A stretch of 64,000 nucleotides of DNA from an uncultured Candidatus Bathyarchaeia archaeon (GCA_964529745.1 CAZGZR010000004.1:551-64550), one strand, 5' to 3'; numbered from the stretch's first letter, positions 1-8,876 are shown. Numbers and translations are program-made. Notes: generated by a model from the sequence alone, not told the origin.

Positions 1-198
1 GGTTCCCTTCTGTACGTCTGTGAGCTCCCCGAGGTCCACCTTGTAGATCCAGACTTTCCCCGGGACTCCCTGTAGCTTCTCCCAGGTCGGGTATATGCTC
101 TTCACGGGTACGCTGCTGTCAGGGAAGACGGCGCCGTACTTCACTATGCCCTCCGCGTTCAGGTAGGCGGTTCCTCTATAGTCAGGTCTGCTAATCAT
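1..198 (-). CDS. Hypothetical protein, partial (runs off window)
   Basis: Manual translation MISRPDYRGTAYLNAEGIVKYG...; ATG overlaps the end of the upstream ORF. Confidence 0.65.
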   Translation of the reverse strand, partial: MISRPDYRGTAYLNAEGIVKYGAVFPDSSVPVKSIYPTWEKLQGVPGKVWIYKVDLGELTDVQKGT

Positions 199-472
199 CT
201 TCTGTCTTCTCCTCTACCCACACGAAGCTATACGAGCACCGGGGTAAAGCCACTATGTCTATGGGCTCCGTCGGGAAGTCCCTGCATTCCTGGGGGCGTT
301 TCTCGTAGATCAGGCATTCCCCCGTCTCTGGGTTAAAGTGCCGGCAGTCCCCGTTATTCACAACCTTGAAGAACATGTTTGCCTCTACGTAGGCTCTGAC
401 TCGAACCGGCAGGGTCTCAGGGCGGCAGCAGTCGCCGCAGCCGCAACACGCCCCTTCACGCACCCACGGCAC
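191..472 (-). CDS. YkgJ-like CxxCxxCC metal-binding protein
   Basis: CCGCGDCC...C...C.IYEKRPQECRDFP motif; start moved to GTG 472 after the upstream stop. Confidence 0.75.
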   Translation of the reverse strand: MPWVREGACCGCGDCCRPETLPVRVRAYVEANMFFKVVNNGDCRHFNPETGECLIYEKRPQECRDFPTEPIDIVALPRCSYSFVWVEEKTEDD

Positions 473-474
473 AG

Positions 475-843
475 CTACCCCTCTATTACTCCATGGATCT
501 CTACAAGCCTGAGCTTCCCCACTACCTGCTGTTTCATGTATATCTGGTCCGGGTCGTCCCAGATGTCCCACATCTCGTTCTCTGTGCCCTGCGCGATTAC
601 GCCAGCTTCGTCGAGGATCGCCCATCTCTGGGGCTCGTTTAAGAGGAGTATTTCTTTCAATTTCTTCCTGCCGTGATCCATGACGCAGTGTTCACAGTAG
701 AGGTCGCTGTAGTCATGGTCGGCGCAGAGCGAGTTAGCGCCTCTGCCTGAGAGGTTACAATAGAGCTCCGTTAGGGGGTATTCTCGGCCACACTCCGCAC
801 ATCGAGCATATATTTCACGTATTGCCTGCTCTTCTGGAATCAT
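475..843 (-). CDS. Zn-finger hypothetical protein
   Basis: CAEC, YCEHC motifs; operonic overlap. Confidence 0.65.
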   Translation of the reverse strand: MIPEEQAIREIYARCAECGREYPLTELYCNLSGRGANSLCADHDYSDLYCEHCVMDHGRKKLKEILLLNEPQRWAILDEAGVIAQGTENEMWDIWDDPDQIYMKQQVVGKLRLVEIHGVIEG

Positions 844-1028
844 TCAGCACCGTCTCTCTCCTCGAAGAGGCCGCGATCAGGGTTGCTAGAACACGTACCG
901 CAGACGTTGGGGTATTTCGCTCTCACAGACGCCGTGCAGTGAACATAGCCCCTGCCACTGTGCTTACATTCCTTGGGCCGGGGATCTCTGTCCGAGTACG
1001 GGAACGGCGACGGCTCCTTACCCTTCAC
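840..1028 (-). CDS. Small Cys-rich protein
   Basis: 62 aa, CGTC; 4-nt start/stop overlaps on both sides. Confidence 0.6.
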   Translation of the reverse strand: MKGKEPSPFPYSDRDPRPKECKHSGRGYVHCTASVRAKYPNVCGTCSSNPDRGLFEERDGAE

Positions 1029-1426
1029 GACGTCTCACCTGTTACCTGTCTGAGTGTTTCAAGCCTCACGAAGTTAGCTAGAAACCCGACGTCCTTGAGC
1101 ACCAAATCTGTGAACTTGACCGCTACCGTGAGTTGAGCCGGGGACATGTTCACGGGATCCATGTCGAAGTACAGGGCCTGCTTTCTGGTTTTTCCTATCT
1201 GTAGCATCGTCTTTGTCAATGATTTGATGTACCTTTTTATCGGGTCTTCCTCTAACTCCTCATTGATGTACAGTTTTATTATGCCGCTTATTGTATCAGA
1301 TAGGTCTAGACACTCATCGGAGGTTACATTCATCTTCACTAACTCCTCGGTACAGAAAGGCGAGTAGTTTTCCTTGAAACACCTTGCAGCGTTCTCCAGC
1401 AACTCGGTTCTTCTTTCAGCGCTCAT
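1025..1426 (-). CDS. Hypothetical protein
   Basis: 133 aa ORF in tight operon. Confidence 0.65.
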   Translation of the reverse strand: MSAERRTELLENAARCFKENYSPFCTEELVKMNVTSDECLDLSDTISGIIKLYINEELEEDPIKRYIKSLTKTMLQIGKTRKQALYFDMDPVNMSPAQLTVAVKFTDLVLKDVGFLANFVRLETLRQVTGETS

Positions 1427-1428
1427 AA

Positions 1429-1713
1429 TTATTCAGTCTCCTCATATCTCTCTATTTTAATGATCGCCCAATTCAAACAAGGCGTGTTTTCTGTCGGTAA
1501 TTTACGGATAATCGGTTCACCTTTTAACTGTTCACCCGATTGGTTGTATACGCTAATTTTGATTTTCACTTCACTAAGGGCTGTTTTGTATTTATCGACT
1601 TCTTTCAATGCCCTATGTAGCGGACAATCTAGCTCACAGTCGTCGGGATCACATACCATCTGATCCCCGTTTCTATCGGTTTCCCCCTCAACCATACACA
1701 GGTACTCCATCAT
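1429..1713 (-). CDS. Hypothetical Cys-rich protein
   Basis: 94 aa ORF in tight operon. Confidence 0.6.
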   Translation of the reverse strand: MMEYLCMVEGETDRNGDQMVCDPDDCELDCPLHRALKEVDKYKTALSEVKIKISVYNQSGEQLKGEPIIRKLPTENTPCLNWAIIKIERYEETE

Positions 1714-1916
1714 TTTTTCCTTCCTTTGTGTTTCTTTAACGATTCAGCGACAAAATAATCAACTCCCTCTCTTGGTGCATGTTTCAGATACTCTGCATGA
1801 TCTCTATCCAACATTCTTTGAGTTCTGTACCCAATATAGAAACTATGTAACGCTTTTAATCCAAGCAATAAATAAGACCCTATACCAATATTAACAAGTA
1901 AGTTCAGGAGATTCAT
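1710..1916 (-). CDS. Small membrane protein
   Basis: N-terminal hydrophobic helix, basic tail. Confidence 0.6.
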   Translation of the reverse strand: MNLLNLLVNIGIGSYLLLGLKALHSFYIGYRTQRMLDRDHAEYLKHAPREGVDYFVAESLKKHKGRKK

Positions 1917-2083
1917 TTTTTCCCTCCTTTATCTGAGGCTACGGATGTTTTGTACGGTCTAATGTAGCCTTCTTCTTCTGCACATTGTTTACAGAAATAC
2001 TTGACCTCCTCATCACTACCCTCCGCAGGTAGACCAATGACGATAATTTCTTTTACTTCGCCACACTTACTACAGATATTCAT
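1913..2083 (-). CDS. Small Zn-finger protein (not in ORF track)
   Basis: MNICSKCGE...FCKQCAEE, 56 aa; ATGA overlaps with neighbours. Confidence 0.65.
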   Translation of the reverse strand: MNICSKCGEVKEIIVIGLPAEGSDEEVKYFCKQCAEEEGYIRPYKTSVASDKGGKK

Positions 2084-2211
2084 GGTTCCGATCTCCTAAG
2101 TTCTTTAGAGTCTAAGGGGCATTCGATGTCTAACGCCTCTAAGCAGATCTCCCGCTTACATTCTCTGCACATGATGTCTCTCTCAGCATGTTCCTCCAGG
2201 TAATAATCCAT
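2080..2211 (-). CDS. Small Cys-rich protein (not in ORF track)
   Basis: MDYYLEEHAERDIMCRECKREIC...CP, 43 aa; fills operon gap exactly. Confidence 0.55.
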   Translation of the reverse strand: MDYYLEEHAERDIMCRECKREICLEALDIECPLDSKELRRSEP

Positions 2212-2214
2212 TTC

Positions 2215-2526
2215 TCACCCTCCCTGAGGCCCTACGGACTTGTAGAGCTCCATGGGCCGCCCGTACTTCTTGAGCCACACCACCATAGGTTTCTTGGTGC
2301 TCTCCAGCATCTTCTCGAGGCGAGCTCGTACCTCTTTCTCCGAGCCGTAGAACCGGGCCAGAGGGTTGAACCATATCGTCCAGTACCTGCTATCCCCCAG
2401 AGGGTGCCTCTTCTTCAGGATCAGGAACGCCGGCTTCTCCGCTATTGGCTTTCCTTCCCACTGGAGATAGTAGGCCTCGTCCGCCTCCCCAGCGAGAATA
2501 TCCAGCGCGAGTTCTAACCTACTCAT
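2215..2526 (-). CDS. Hypothetical protein
   Basis: 103 aa ORF, operonic. Confidence 0.6.
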   Translation of the reverse strand: MSRLELALDILAGEADEAYYLQWEGKPIAEKPAFLILKKRHPLGDSRYWTIWFNPLARFYGSEKEVRARLEKMLESTKKPMVVWLKKYGRPMELYKSVGPQGG

Positions 2527-2948
2527 CTCATGTACCTTTCTAACGCTTTACGATCCTTAATCCAGCCTGTATGTCCAGCGCTCCATCTATATAGCCTATA
2601 AAGGTTCTCTACCTCGAGTCGGATCATATCTTCGGGCAGCAGCCTCATGATCTCCTCGCGCCGGTACTCCTCGTCATGGAGGATGCGGTCAAGGTACGGG
2701 GTGTAGTAGTCGCCATCTTCTTCGAGCCCTGGCCACCCCATAAATACACCCTGTACGGACCTGGGGCGCCCTGTAGCCATCAGCTTCTCTGCTAGGTACC
2801 GTCGAACCTCTGGGTGAGTGGGGAACCTGATCCTCTTTGTGTCGTCCTCGAGCAGTTGGCTCTTATCGTTCAGGAACTTGTAAAACCCGACTGTTGAGGG
2901 AAACCTGCCTTTGAACCTCTTCTCTAGGGTTCTTCCCGTGACAATCAA
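2523..2948 (-). CDS. Hypothetical protein, first gene of left operon
   Basis: TTG start preceded by GGAGG RBS and promoter/operator. Confidence 0.65.
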   Translation of the reverse strand: MIVTGRTLEKRFKGRFPSTVGFYKFLNDKSQLLEDDTKRIRFPTHPEVRRYLAEKLMATGRPRSVQGVFMGWPGLEEDGDYYTPYLDRILHDEEYRREEIMRLLPEDMIRLEVENLYRLYRWSAGHTGWIKDRKALERYMR

Positions 2949-2969
2949 CCCGTGGCCTCCACATGTGTT

Positions 2970-2984
2970 TATACAAATTGTATA
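2970..2984. promoter_or_regulatory. Palindromic operator copy 1 (TATACAAATTGTATA) overlapping minus-strand TATA-like box
   Basis: 7-1-7 palindrome, one of six copies, all just upstream of start codons. Confidence 0.75.
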
Positions 2985-3040
2985 TTTATGGTTTAGGATT
3001 GGGGCTGCAAAACCCTCATAAACCCCTTTTCAGAGTAGTA

Positions 3041-3121
3041 TTTGGCCCCCGGGAAGGCTAGTGTAGCTCATCCATGGAGTGAGTACCCGTGGCCAAACGG
3101 GATAGCACACCCGGGGCCAAA
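3041..3121. ncRNA. Candidate structured small RNA (multi-branch hairpin)
   Basis: Closing stem TTTGGCCCC(C)GGG/CCCGGGGCCAAA; inner stems GCTA/TAGC, CTCA/TGAG, CCCGT/ACGGG; intergenic. Confidence 0.45.
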
Positions 3122-3243
3122 TTATAACGGGGTCTTACATGGAGGAGCTTTTCAGAGCCGGTTTCGCTCTCGGGATTAAACTCGGAAAAGAGATCAACCT
3201 GACCTCAAACCTTCCAGAAATAGTGAAGACTATACGGGAGGTC

Positions 3244-4086
3244 CTAGCCGCGTCCCAGGTACCGGCGTAGCTTGGCCGTCTTCTCCGCTAAGTCCAGGAA
3301 GTCGCTTAGAGACCTCATGTAGCACAGCAGCACAGCCCACAGCCCCACCCCCAGACCTATCATGCCCCACGCAGAGGGTGTAGAATAGTGAAAGAACAGG
3401 GCCAGAACCGCTATAGCGAAGGCTATTAGGGTGGTCACCGCTTGGGTCCTGGTTATCCACCACGCCTTTGTTCCCATGACGTCTAGCGCCGCCTGCCTGA
3501 AGCCGCAGCCGCTTTCCTCGGGGGCCTCCCCGTCATAGCAGCGTAGACAGTCGGTGTCGTTCTGCATACACGAGGCTGCTATGAACCGCCCCTGATCCAT
3601 GAGCTCCTTCCGCAGCTGCTCCCCCAGATCCTTCGTCTCAGTCAGCGCCTCACCCCACGTCTTCCCATCCTGGATCACCAGCCTTAACCCGTTGTTGGCG
3701 AGCTCCTTAAACGAGTCCAGGGCGTTCGTCGTGAAGCTAAACGGCTTGTTGTACCCCCAATAGACTCGACCCTGCTTCCAGGCCTCCACCCCTAGCTTTT
3801 GGGCGCTTAGGCACGCCATGGTGTAGATCACCGGCGGCGCCTCGTCCACATTATCCAGGTCCACAACCTTTTCGCTGCTGCAGCCGTATAGGGCTGTCTC
3901 GTTGCCGTGGTTATAGAAGGCCAGCAGGTCCTTACCCTTCCAGGCGTCCATTACCTCTTGACGGGTTACAATGCCCCCCTCCAGCTTCACCGGCGGATCG
4001 GGGAAAATGCCGGCAGCCTCCAACCCCCACTCGTGGCTGTATACGGTAACCTCGTCGAACACCGGTGCAACCAGAAGGACGTCCAT
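3244..4086 (-). CDS. Clan CD (caspase/gingipain-fold) cysteine peptidase-like protein with C-terminal TM helices
   Basis: FYNHG and YTMACLSA His/Cys dyad motifs; two hydrophobic C-terminal segments. Confidence 0.6.
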   Translation of the reverse strand: MDVLLVAPVFDEVTVYSHEWGLEAAGIFPDPPVKLEGGIVTRQEVMDAWKGKDLLAFYNHGNETALYGCSSEKVVDLDNVDEAPPVIYTMACLSAQKLGVEAWKQGRVYWGYNKPFSFTTNALDSFKELANNGLRLVIQDGKTWGEALTETKDLGEQLRKELMDQGRFIAASCMQNDTDCLRCYDGEAPEESGCGFRQAALDVMGTKAWWITRTQAVTTLIAFAIAVLALFFHYSTPSAWGMIGLGVGLWAVLLCYMRSLSDFLDLAEKTAKLRRYLGRG

Positions 4087-4087
4087 G

Positions 4088-4324
4088 CTACTTTCTTCCG
4101 TTGACCTGTTCCAGTACCTTCCGTCTAAGCTTAGGGTCCCGCTGAAGACTAAGCATAAACGGCGCTACGACGCCGGACTCTATGGCCGGCGGTATGTTGT
4201 CATGCTCAAGACTGTCCCGGAGCTCCTTGAACGTCATGGACACCATGCCGGAGATCACCTTCTCGTCTGGGCAGGCCTCCGCCTCCATCTTGAGAGCCGC
4301 TATAGCCAGCTGTCTAGTGTTCAT
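4088..4324 (-). CDS. Hypothetical protein
   Basis: 78 aa, operonic. Confidence 0.6.
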   Translation of the reverse strand: MNTRQLAIAALKMEAEACPDEKVISGMVSMTFKELRDSLEHDNIPPAIESGVVAPFMLSLQRDPKLRRKVLEQVNGRK

Positions 4325-4553
4325 CCGGTTTACCCTCGTTTTCCGCTATTTCAACGATTCTCTGAACCGCCGCCTGCGTAGCCTGTCTCTCCACCAGGAG
4401 AGTGTACGCCACAACCAGGACGAGCCCCAAGACTATGAGGACCACGCCCTCAGGAAGAATAAGGCCCTGCTGTACGAAGTCCAGCCCCAAGTAGATCAGG
4501 GCTACACCGACGGACAACAGAGCGCTTTTCCCCGCTTGATCAAGTGAAACCAT
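4314..4553 (-). CDS. Small 2-TM protein (holin-like)
   Basis: Two hydrophobic helices and charged tail; start moved to ATG 4553 (MVSLDQ). Confidence 0.6.
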   Translation of the reverse strand: MVSLDQAGKSALLSVGVALIYLGLDFVQQGLILPEGVVLIVLGLVLVVAYTLLVERQATQAAVQRIVEIAENEGKPDEH

Positions 4554-4635
4554 ACCATATACACAGGGTTCTCCCGATTTAAAATAACCCTCCACCAGTA
4601 GTAATATACTGGACGACCCTAACTATAATCTCGAG

Positions 4636-5187
4636 ATGTCTGAAACCAGCTCAACCCTAGAGTACCTACCTCTAGTAGCTTCGGCGCCCCTAAGGAGCAT
4701 AGGAAGTGCCCTGGACCCCTCGCTAGCTCAAGGACTCGAGGACCAGTTAGTGGCTACCGTCGAGCAGAGAGGCCGCAAGTTCAGCAAGCTCGAGGTGCTG
4801 TACAGTCCCCTGGCGCCGCCGGCGTTGGCTTGGAGGTACGAGTGTCAGACGTGCCGGTTCTGGCAGGATCCCAACAAGTGCAGCATAGTCGGGGTCGACG
4901 ATGTGGACACATACGGGCCTCTCTTCGGCGGAGAAGCCGTAGGGCCCCGTCACTGGTGCGCCCTCTGGCTTAGCCCTGAGGCTGTGCCTCCTCTTCATTG
5001 GCTCCACAGCCAGATTGACCCCCGGGTCATAGACAGCTACCGGACCGCCGCCGTGGCGACGGGCAGTGACGGGCTCCCCGCTCGAGGCGCAGGGAGAAGG
5101 ACGGGCACCGCTAAGGAGCCTACGGGTCCCCTGGGGCGGCTATCCGAGGAGGCCCGCCGGATAAGGCACATGCTTTTAGCCAAGTAG
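4636..5187 (+). CDS. HiPIP-like 4-Cys protein with C-terminal GTAKEPTGPLGRLSEE tag
   Basis: CQTCRFW...CSIVG...VGPRHWCALW resembles the HiPIP C-x2-C-xn-C-xn-WC pattern. Confidence 0.55.
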   Translation: MSETSSTLEYLPLVASAPLRSIGSALDPSLAQGLEDQLVATVEQRGRKFSKLEVLYSPLAPPALAWRYECQTCRFWQDPNKCSIVGVDDVDTYGPLFGGEAVGPRHWCALWLSPEAVPPLHWLHSQIDPRVIDSYRTAAVATGSDGLPARGAGRRTGTAKEPTGPLGRLSEEARRIRHMLLAK

Positions 5188-5302
5188 GTCTAGGGTATAC
5201 TGTAGCTCTTCGTGTGCTATGCCCCCATTTAGACTCGAGGAGCTACCTGTCTCCAACTATGTTGAACATATATTTCAACAATAATGATCACAATAGTAAC
5301 CA

Positions 5303-5455
5303 ATGTACACATTAATTCTCATGTAAACTATCGTTTTAATTGTAATATTTGTAATATTTGTCATCTATCGTATACATAAGTTCTAATGTAAATTATCGTT
5401 TTAATTATAAAATTTTGTTACCTATCATACATTGATGTACACCTAAATTCTCACA
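5303..5455. repeat. AT-rich degenerate ~65-bp tandem repeat (2-3 units)
   Basis: ATGTAAAYTATCGTTTTAATTRTAA at 5321 and 5386; ATGTACAC..AATTCTCA at 5303 and 5436. Confidence 0.6.
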
Positions 5456-5756
5456 AATGCGTATTAATATGAATAAATGTGCATCTTAATCGTACAACTA
5501 AATTAGATGTGTTAATCATAAAAATTATATCCTGTCAAGAAAAAGAAGGTATTACAGACTCGCGCCTCCGGCAAGGCCCATCTACGGGTGGGGTTCCTGT
5601 CAAAATAGTCGAGCTAACGCGTGAAGCTGCTGACGAGCAGTGAAGGACGATAGGTGAGTCGGGTGTGCCCCTGCAAATAGTGACGTGGGGACCGAGGGAG
5701 GCCGGACCCGATAAACCGCCTCACACTATATGTTATACATACCTCTTATGTTTCTA

Positions 5757-7016
5757 TTATGCTGGTGGAGTGAAGTGAGTTATTGCGCCGGTTTGTCGGA
5801 GTAACGCGATTGTGTTTCCCGAACCCATCAGCGTCGTTACAACTATTTGTTGTCCTGCATAGTTATAGACTCCTAAATCTAAGCCCCGGTCTTGGGTTGG
5901 AGCTCCTTGATCGTCATATGTATATACGTCGTCGAAGAGCCAGTGTGTCTGGTTCGCGCTTTGGTTGCCAACGGATATGCCGTCATAACCGCCGTTAGAT
6001 TGGTCGTTGTTGAACACGGAGGGACCTATAAGTTTAAGGTACTTTATCCCGTAGGCTAGTAGGATTCCATTCAGCTCGTTTTCATGGTAGCTGCCTCCGA
6101 TTATCTTCAACTCGCTTATGTTCCAGGCGTCGTCTCTGCCTCTTATGTATGCTCCGTTGCTTTGGTTAGAGTATCCCTCACAGTCTTCCATGCAGAGGCG
6201 TCTACCACCCATCTGGGCTCTATACCCGTTTTGAATGTTCTCATAGGCTTTACATCGGATCAGGGTTACATCGGTCCAGTAGTAATCCAGGGCTACGCCT
6301 GTACCGCCTTCGATGTTCCAGCCGTCTTCAGTGTTTTCGTGGGATTCACAGCCGATAAACTCTACGTTATGGATAATGCCGTTGTTGAAGCCCTTTCTAC
6401 CGTTACTCCATGACTCGCAGTTTATTACGCAGACATCTTCACACGGAGTTGCGGGTAGACTTCCCTCAAAATAGATGCCGTCTTGGCCGTTCGAGTAGGT
6501 TCTACAGTTCTCGAGATAGACACCTAACCCCTTGAGGTATATTCCCTTTCCATTGAAATCGTGTGCAGCTACATCTTTTATCGTGATATCTTCTCGTCGG
6601 GTTCCGTCCGTCGCTACGCCACACCACAGGTCTGTATTATAAATAGCTTTATTCCCGTTTAACATGCCCCCTAAAAAGGTAACCTTGTCCCCCGTTATGA
6701 TAAACATGTGGTGATTCCCACCAAGGTCAACCTCCGCGTTATACAGGTTTACGACTACATTATCACCTGTCTCTAGCTGTGCATCTGTGGTAAGTTCTCC
6801 GATTAAGACTACCTCTTCCTGCCATGTTCTCCCTGCGGTAAGCTCGCTTAAGGCCCCCGTCCATGCCGCCGAAAGAGTATCATAGCGTGTCACATCTCCC
6901 GTTATACCATTCTTGGTGTAATAGACAGTCGTTCCATCCTCTTCTTCACTCCAAAGCATACACGATGTAGCTACCTCAGCCACAGCGACCCCTGAGCCTT
7001 GAGGCGGAAACGGCAT
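5757..7016 (-). CDS. Right-handed beta-helix (pectin-lyase-like) protein, probable spike/receptor-binding protein
   Basis: Repeated C.s..N..dG.. coils; N-terminal MPFPPQGS tag. Confidence 0.8.
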   Translation of the reverse strand: MPFPPQGSGVAVAEVATSCMLWSEEEDGTTVYYTKNGITGDVTRYDTLSAAWTGALSELTAGRTWQEEVVLIGELTTDAQLETGDNVVVNLYNAEVDLGGNHHMFIITGDKVTFLGGMLNGNKAIYNTDLWCGVATDGTRREDITIKDVAAHDFNGKGIYLKGLGVYLENCRTYSNGQDGIYFEGSLPATPCEDVCVINCESWSNGRKGFNNGIIHNVEFIGCESHENTEDGWNIEGGTGVALDYYWTDVTLIRCKAYENIQNGYRAQMGGRRLCMEDCEGYSNQSNGAYIRGRDDAWNISELKIIGGSYHENELNGILLAYGIKYLKLIGPSVFNNDQSNGGYDGISVGNQSANQTHWLFDDVYTYDDQGAPTQDRGLDLGVYNYAGQQIVVTTLMGSGNTIALLRQTGAITHFTPPA

Positions 7017-7074
7017 CTAAACACTACTCCAAACAACAAATACAACTTAGCATACTTTAAGTTCACGTTATCTC

Positions 7075-7524
7075 TTAGTCGTACCTCACCACTATCGTTT
7101 CGGCCCAAAGCTGGCGTACCAAGTTCGCAGAGACCCTGATCTTCACATTGTCGCCCGGGTTCAGCGCAGCCCAGAACGCTGGCGCATCTGCCAGAGCGTC
7201 GAAGCATAGCTCCGTGTCTAGGACGCCCGCGATAGCGTTAACGGTGGTCACGGTGTGGGTATTGTAGACCTCACCACAGGCTCCAGCGTAGTAGTTCACG
7301 GTCAGGTTATTGGCTCCCGCGACCCTTGGCCACATCACTATCTCGACGCTGGTGGGGCTCGTCCAGTCGTGGGGCACACGAAAGCTAGCCCAACCCAAGT
7401 TACCACCGTCGATTCTGGCCGGGTGTATCGAGGCGCCGCCGCCATAGTCAAGCTGGGTGATGAACTGTGCGCTGAACTGTCTTGTGGACGCTGGTGCTTC
7501 TGAACCCTGTGGAGGAAAAGGCAT
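7075..7524 (-). CDS. Beta-rich putative virion protein
   Basis: Same MPFPPQGS N-terminus; beta-sandwich-like pattern. Confidence 0.65.
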   Translation of the reverse strand: MPFPPQGSEAPASTRQFSAQFITQLDYGGGASIHPARIDGGNLGWASFRVPHDWTSPTSVEIVMWPRVAGANNLTVNYYAGACGEVYNTHTVTTVNAIAGVLDTELCFDALADAPAFWAALNPGDNVKIRVSANLVRQLWAETIVVRYD

Positions 7525-7537
7525 CTAAAACCTCCTC

Positions 7538-7960
7538 CTAGGAGGGTACACCTACTATCTCAACAACCTTTATGGCTAGAGCCGTGTGAGCCCCCCCATA
7601 CTGAAGATTGATGCTGTCCCCTGTCGTCACCACTATGTCGAAGGCGTAGGCACAGTCCGCCGTCAACGCTACGTTGCCGTTCAAATGCTCCGTAACCGTG
7701 ACCCCTGCCCTCGTCCTAGTTACGCTTAGCACCGCCGCGCCGTTGAACGCTGCGTAGATCCTGAACGTCGTAGGGCTATAAGTGGGTGTAAGGGCTGCGC
7801 CGAAGATATCCGTATTCGCAAGTACCGGCGTGTTGAACACCTCTCCCTTCAGCACGCCCTCTCGGACGGTCCGAAGCGCAGCCGTAAGTACAGTACCAAG
7901 CGAGTCCTCAAGTGCGGCCTCTACGGCTGCCTGTACCTCAGCCTCCGTTATTCCTGTCAT
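7538..7960 (-). CDS. Putative virion protein
   Basis: Ala/Val/Thr-rich, helix then beta domain; structural context. Confidence 0.6.
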   Translation of the reverse strand: MTGITEAEVQAAVEAALEDSLGTVLTAALRTVREGVLKGEVFNTPVLANTDIFGAALTPTYSPTTFRIYAAFNGAAVLSVTRTRAGVTVTEHLNGNVALTADCAYAFDIVVTTGDSINLQYGGAHTALAIKVVEIVGVPS

Positions 7961-7965
7961 CTACT

Positions 7966-8757
7966 CTATGCCTCCGGCCACTTCAGAACCTTATCTACAG
8001 GGCTCTCCGTCTCAGGCTCCTCTTCCGGGTAAGACACTGGACACTCGGGGACGCCGTCCTCGGGGTCTGGGTGTTTCAGCACTTTCAGCAACGATGCCTC
8101 AGGAGTCTCCGGTGCGGGGGGTAGCTGCTCCTGTATCCCAGGTAACAGTTCCAGGAGGGAGATCAACCTGTCTAGCCTCGAAACCACCTGGTCCAGCCTG
8201 TAGTACGCCCCCAAGGGGCCAGCTAAGCCATGACGGTCTATCCAGTACCCTTGTCTCGCCTCCAGAATCTCGGTGAACTCTACGCTGCTCAGGGCAACGG
8301 CGGCCAGTATGTCATCGTCTATCCCTATCTGGAATCCTAGAAGCATCAGATCCGATATCCATTTCGCCCACTCCGTGTTCCTGTCGAAGGTCACCAGGTA
8401 GTACGCTATGTCCAGGGTCTGGTTGACGCCCGTGTTGTTGTGAGCCTCCAGGCTGAGGGGGTTACTCTGGGTGCACAGCACCCACAGCGGGTACGGGGAG
8501 TCCAGCACACTGTGAACCATAGGCACGTTATGTTCCTTTACCTCCACCTGTCTCTGAACGAAGTAGAAGTTACTCGTCGGAGGGCCGGGGGTGAGCTCCC
8601 CGTAGTTCACCACAAATATCTGCCATACTATATCGGCGGTGGGTGGGGCTATGCTTATGTCTGTCTGCCCCGGCGCGAAAGTCGTCTCCACGGGGTACTG
8701 CTTGAAGCGTCCCATCCTAGTGTTTATCGCTATGCGAACCTCTTGTGGCTGGTACAC
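7966..8757 (-). CDS. Putative virion protein with Pro/Glu-rich tail
   Basis: Beta-rich N-domain, P/E-rich C-terminus with duplicated KVLK.P. Confidence 0.6.
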   Translation of the reverse strand: MYQPQEVRIAINTRMGRFKQYPVETTFAPGQTDISIAPPTADIVWQIFVVNYGELTPGPPTSNFYFVQRQVEVKEHNVPMVHSVLDSPYPLWVLCTQSNPLSLEAHNNTGVNQTLDIAYYLVTFDRNTEWAKWISDLMLLGFQIGIDDDILAAVALSSVEFTEILEARQGYWIDRHGLAGPLGAYYRLDQVVSRLDRLISLLELLPGIQEQLPPAPETPEASLLKVLKHPDPEDGVPECPVSYPEEEPETESPVDKVLKWPEA

Positions 8758-8876
8758 TACTTAGCCTCCTTCCCCTTCTTGCTAAAGTCCAGTACCTCGT
8801 ACTCGACGCCCTTAGGGGCACGGGTCACCTTCACGATGCCTTGGCCTTTCGGTGCGTAGATCTTTAGCTTGGTCAT
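8757..8876 (-). CDS. Small basic protein (not in ORF track)
   Basis: MTKLKIYAPKGQGIVKVTRAPKGVEYEVLDFSKKGKEAK; stop overlaps next start. Confidence 0.55.
   Translation of the reverse strand: MTKLKIYAPKGQGIVKVTRAPKGVEYEVLDFSKKGKEAK

Noticed and set aside
3041-3121. Canonical tRNA gene
   Set aside because: No TTCRAAT T-loop and no 7-nt anticodon loop; kept only as an ncRNA candidate
5260-5530. Possible CRISPR array or leader
   Set aside because: Repeats are degenerate, only 2-3 units, with no unique spacers between identical repeats
5629-5655. CTGACGAG...GTGAAGGACGATA resembles a hammerhead ribozyme core
   Set aside because: Stem II cannot pair, GAAA is GATA, and the CTGACGAG is sequestered in its own hairpin
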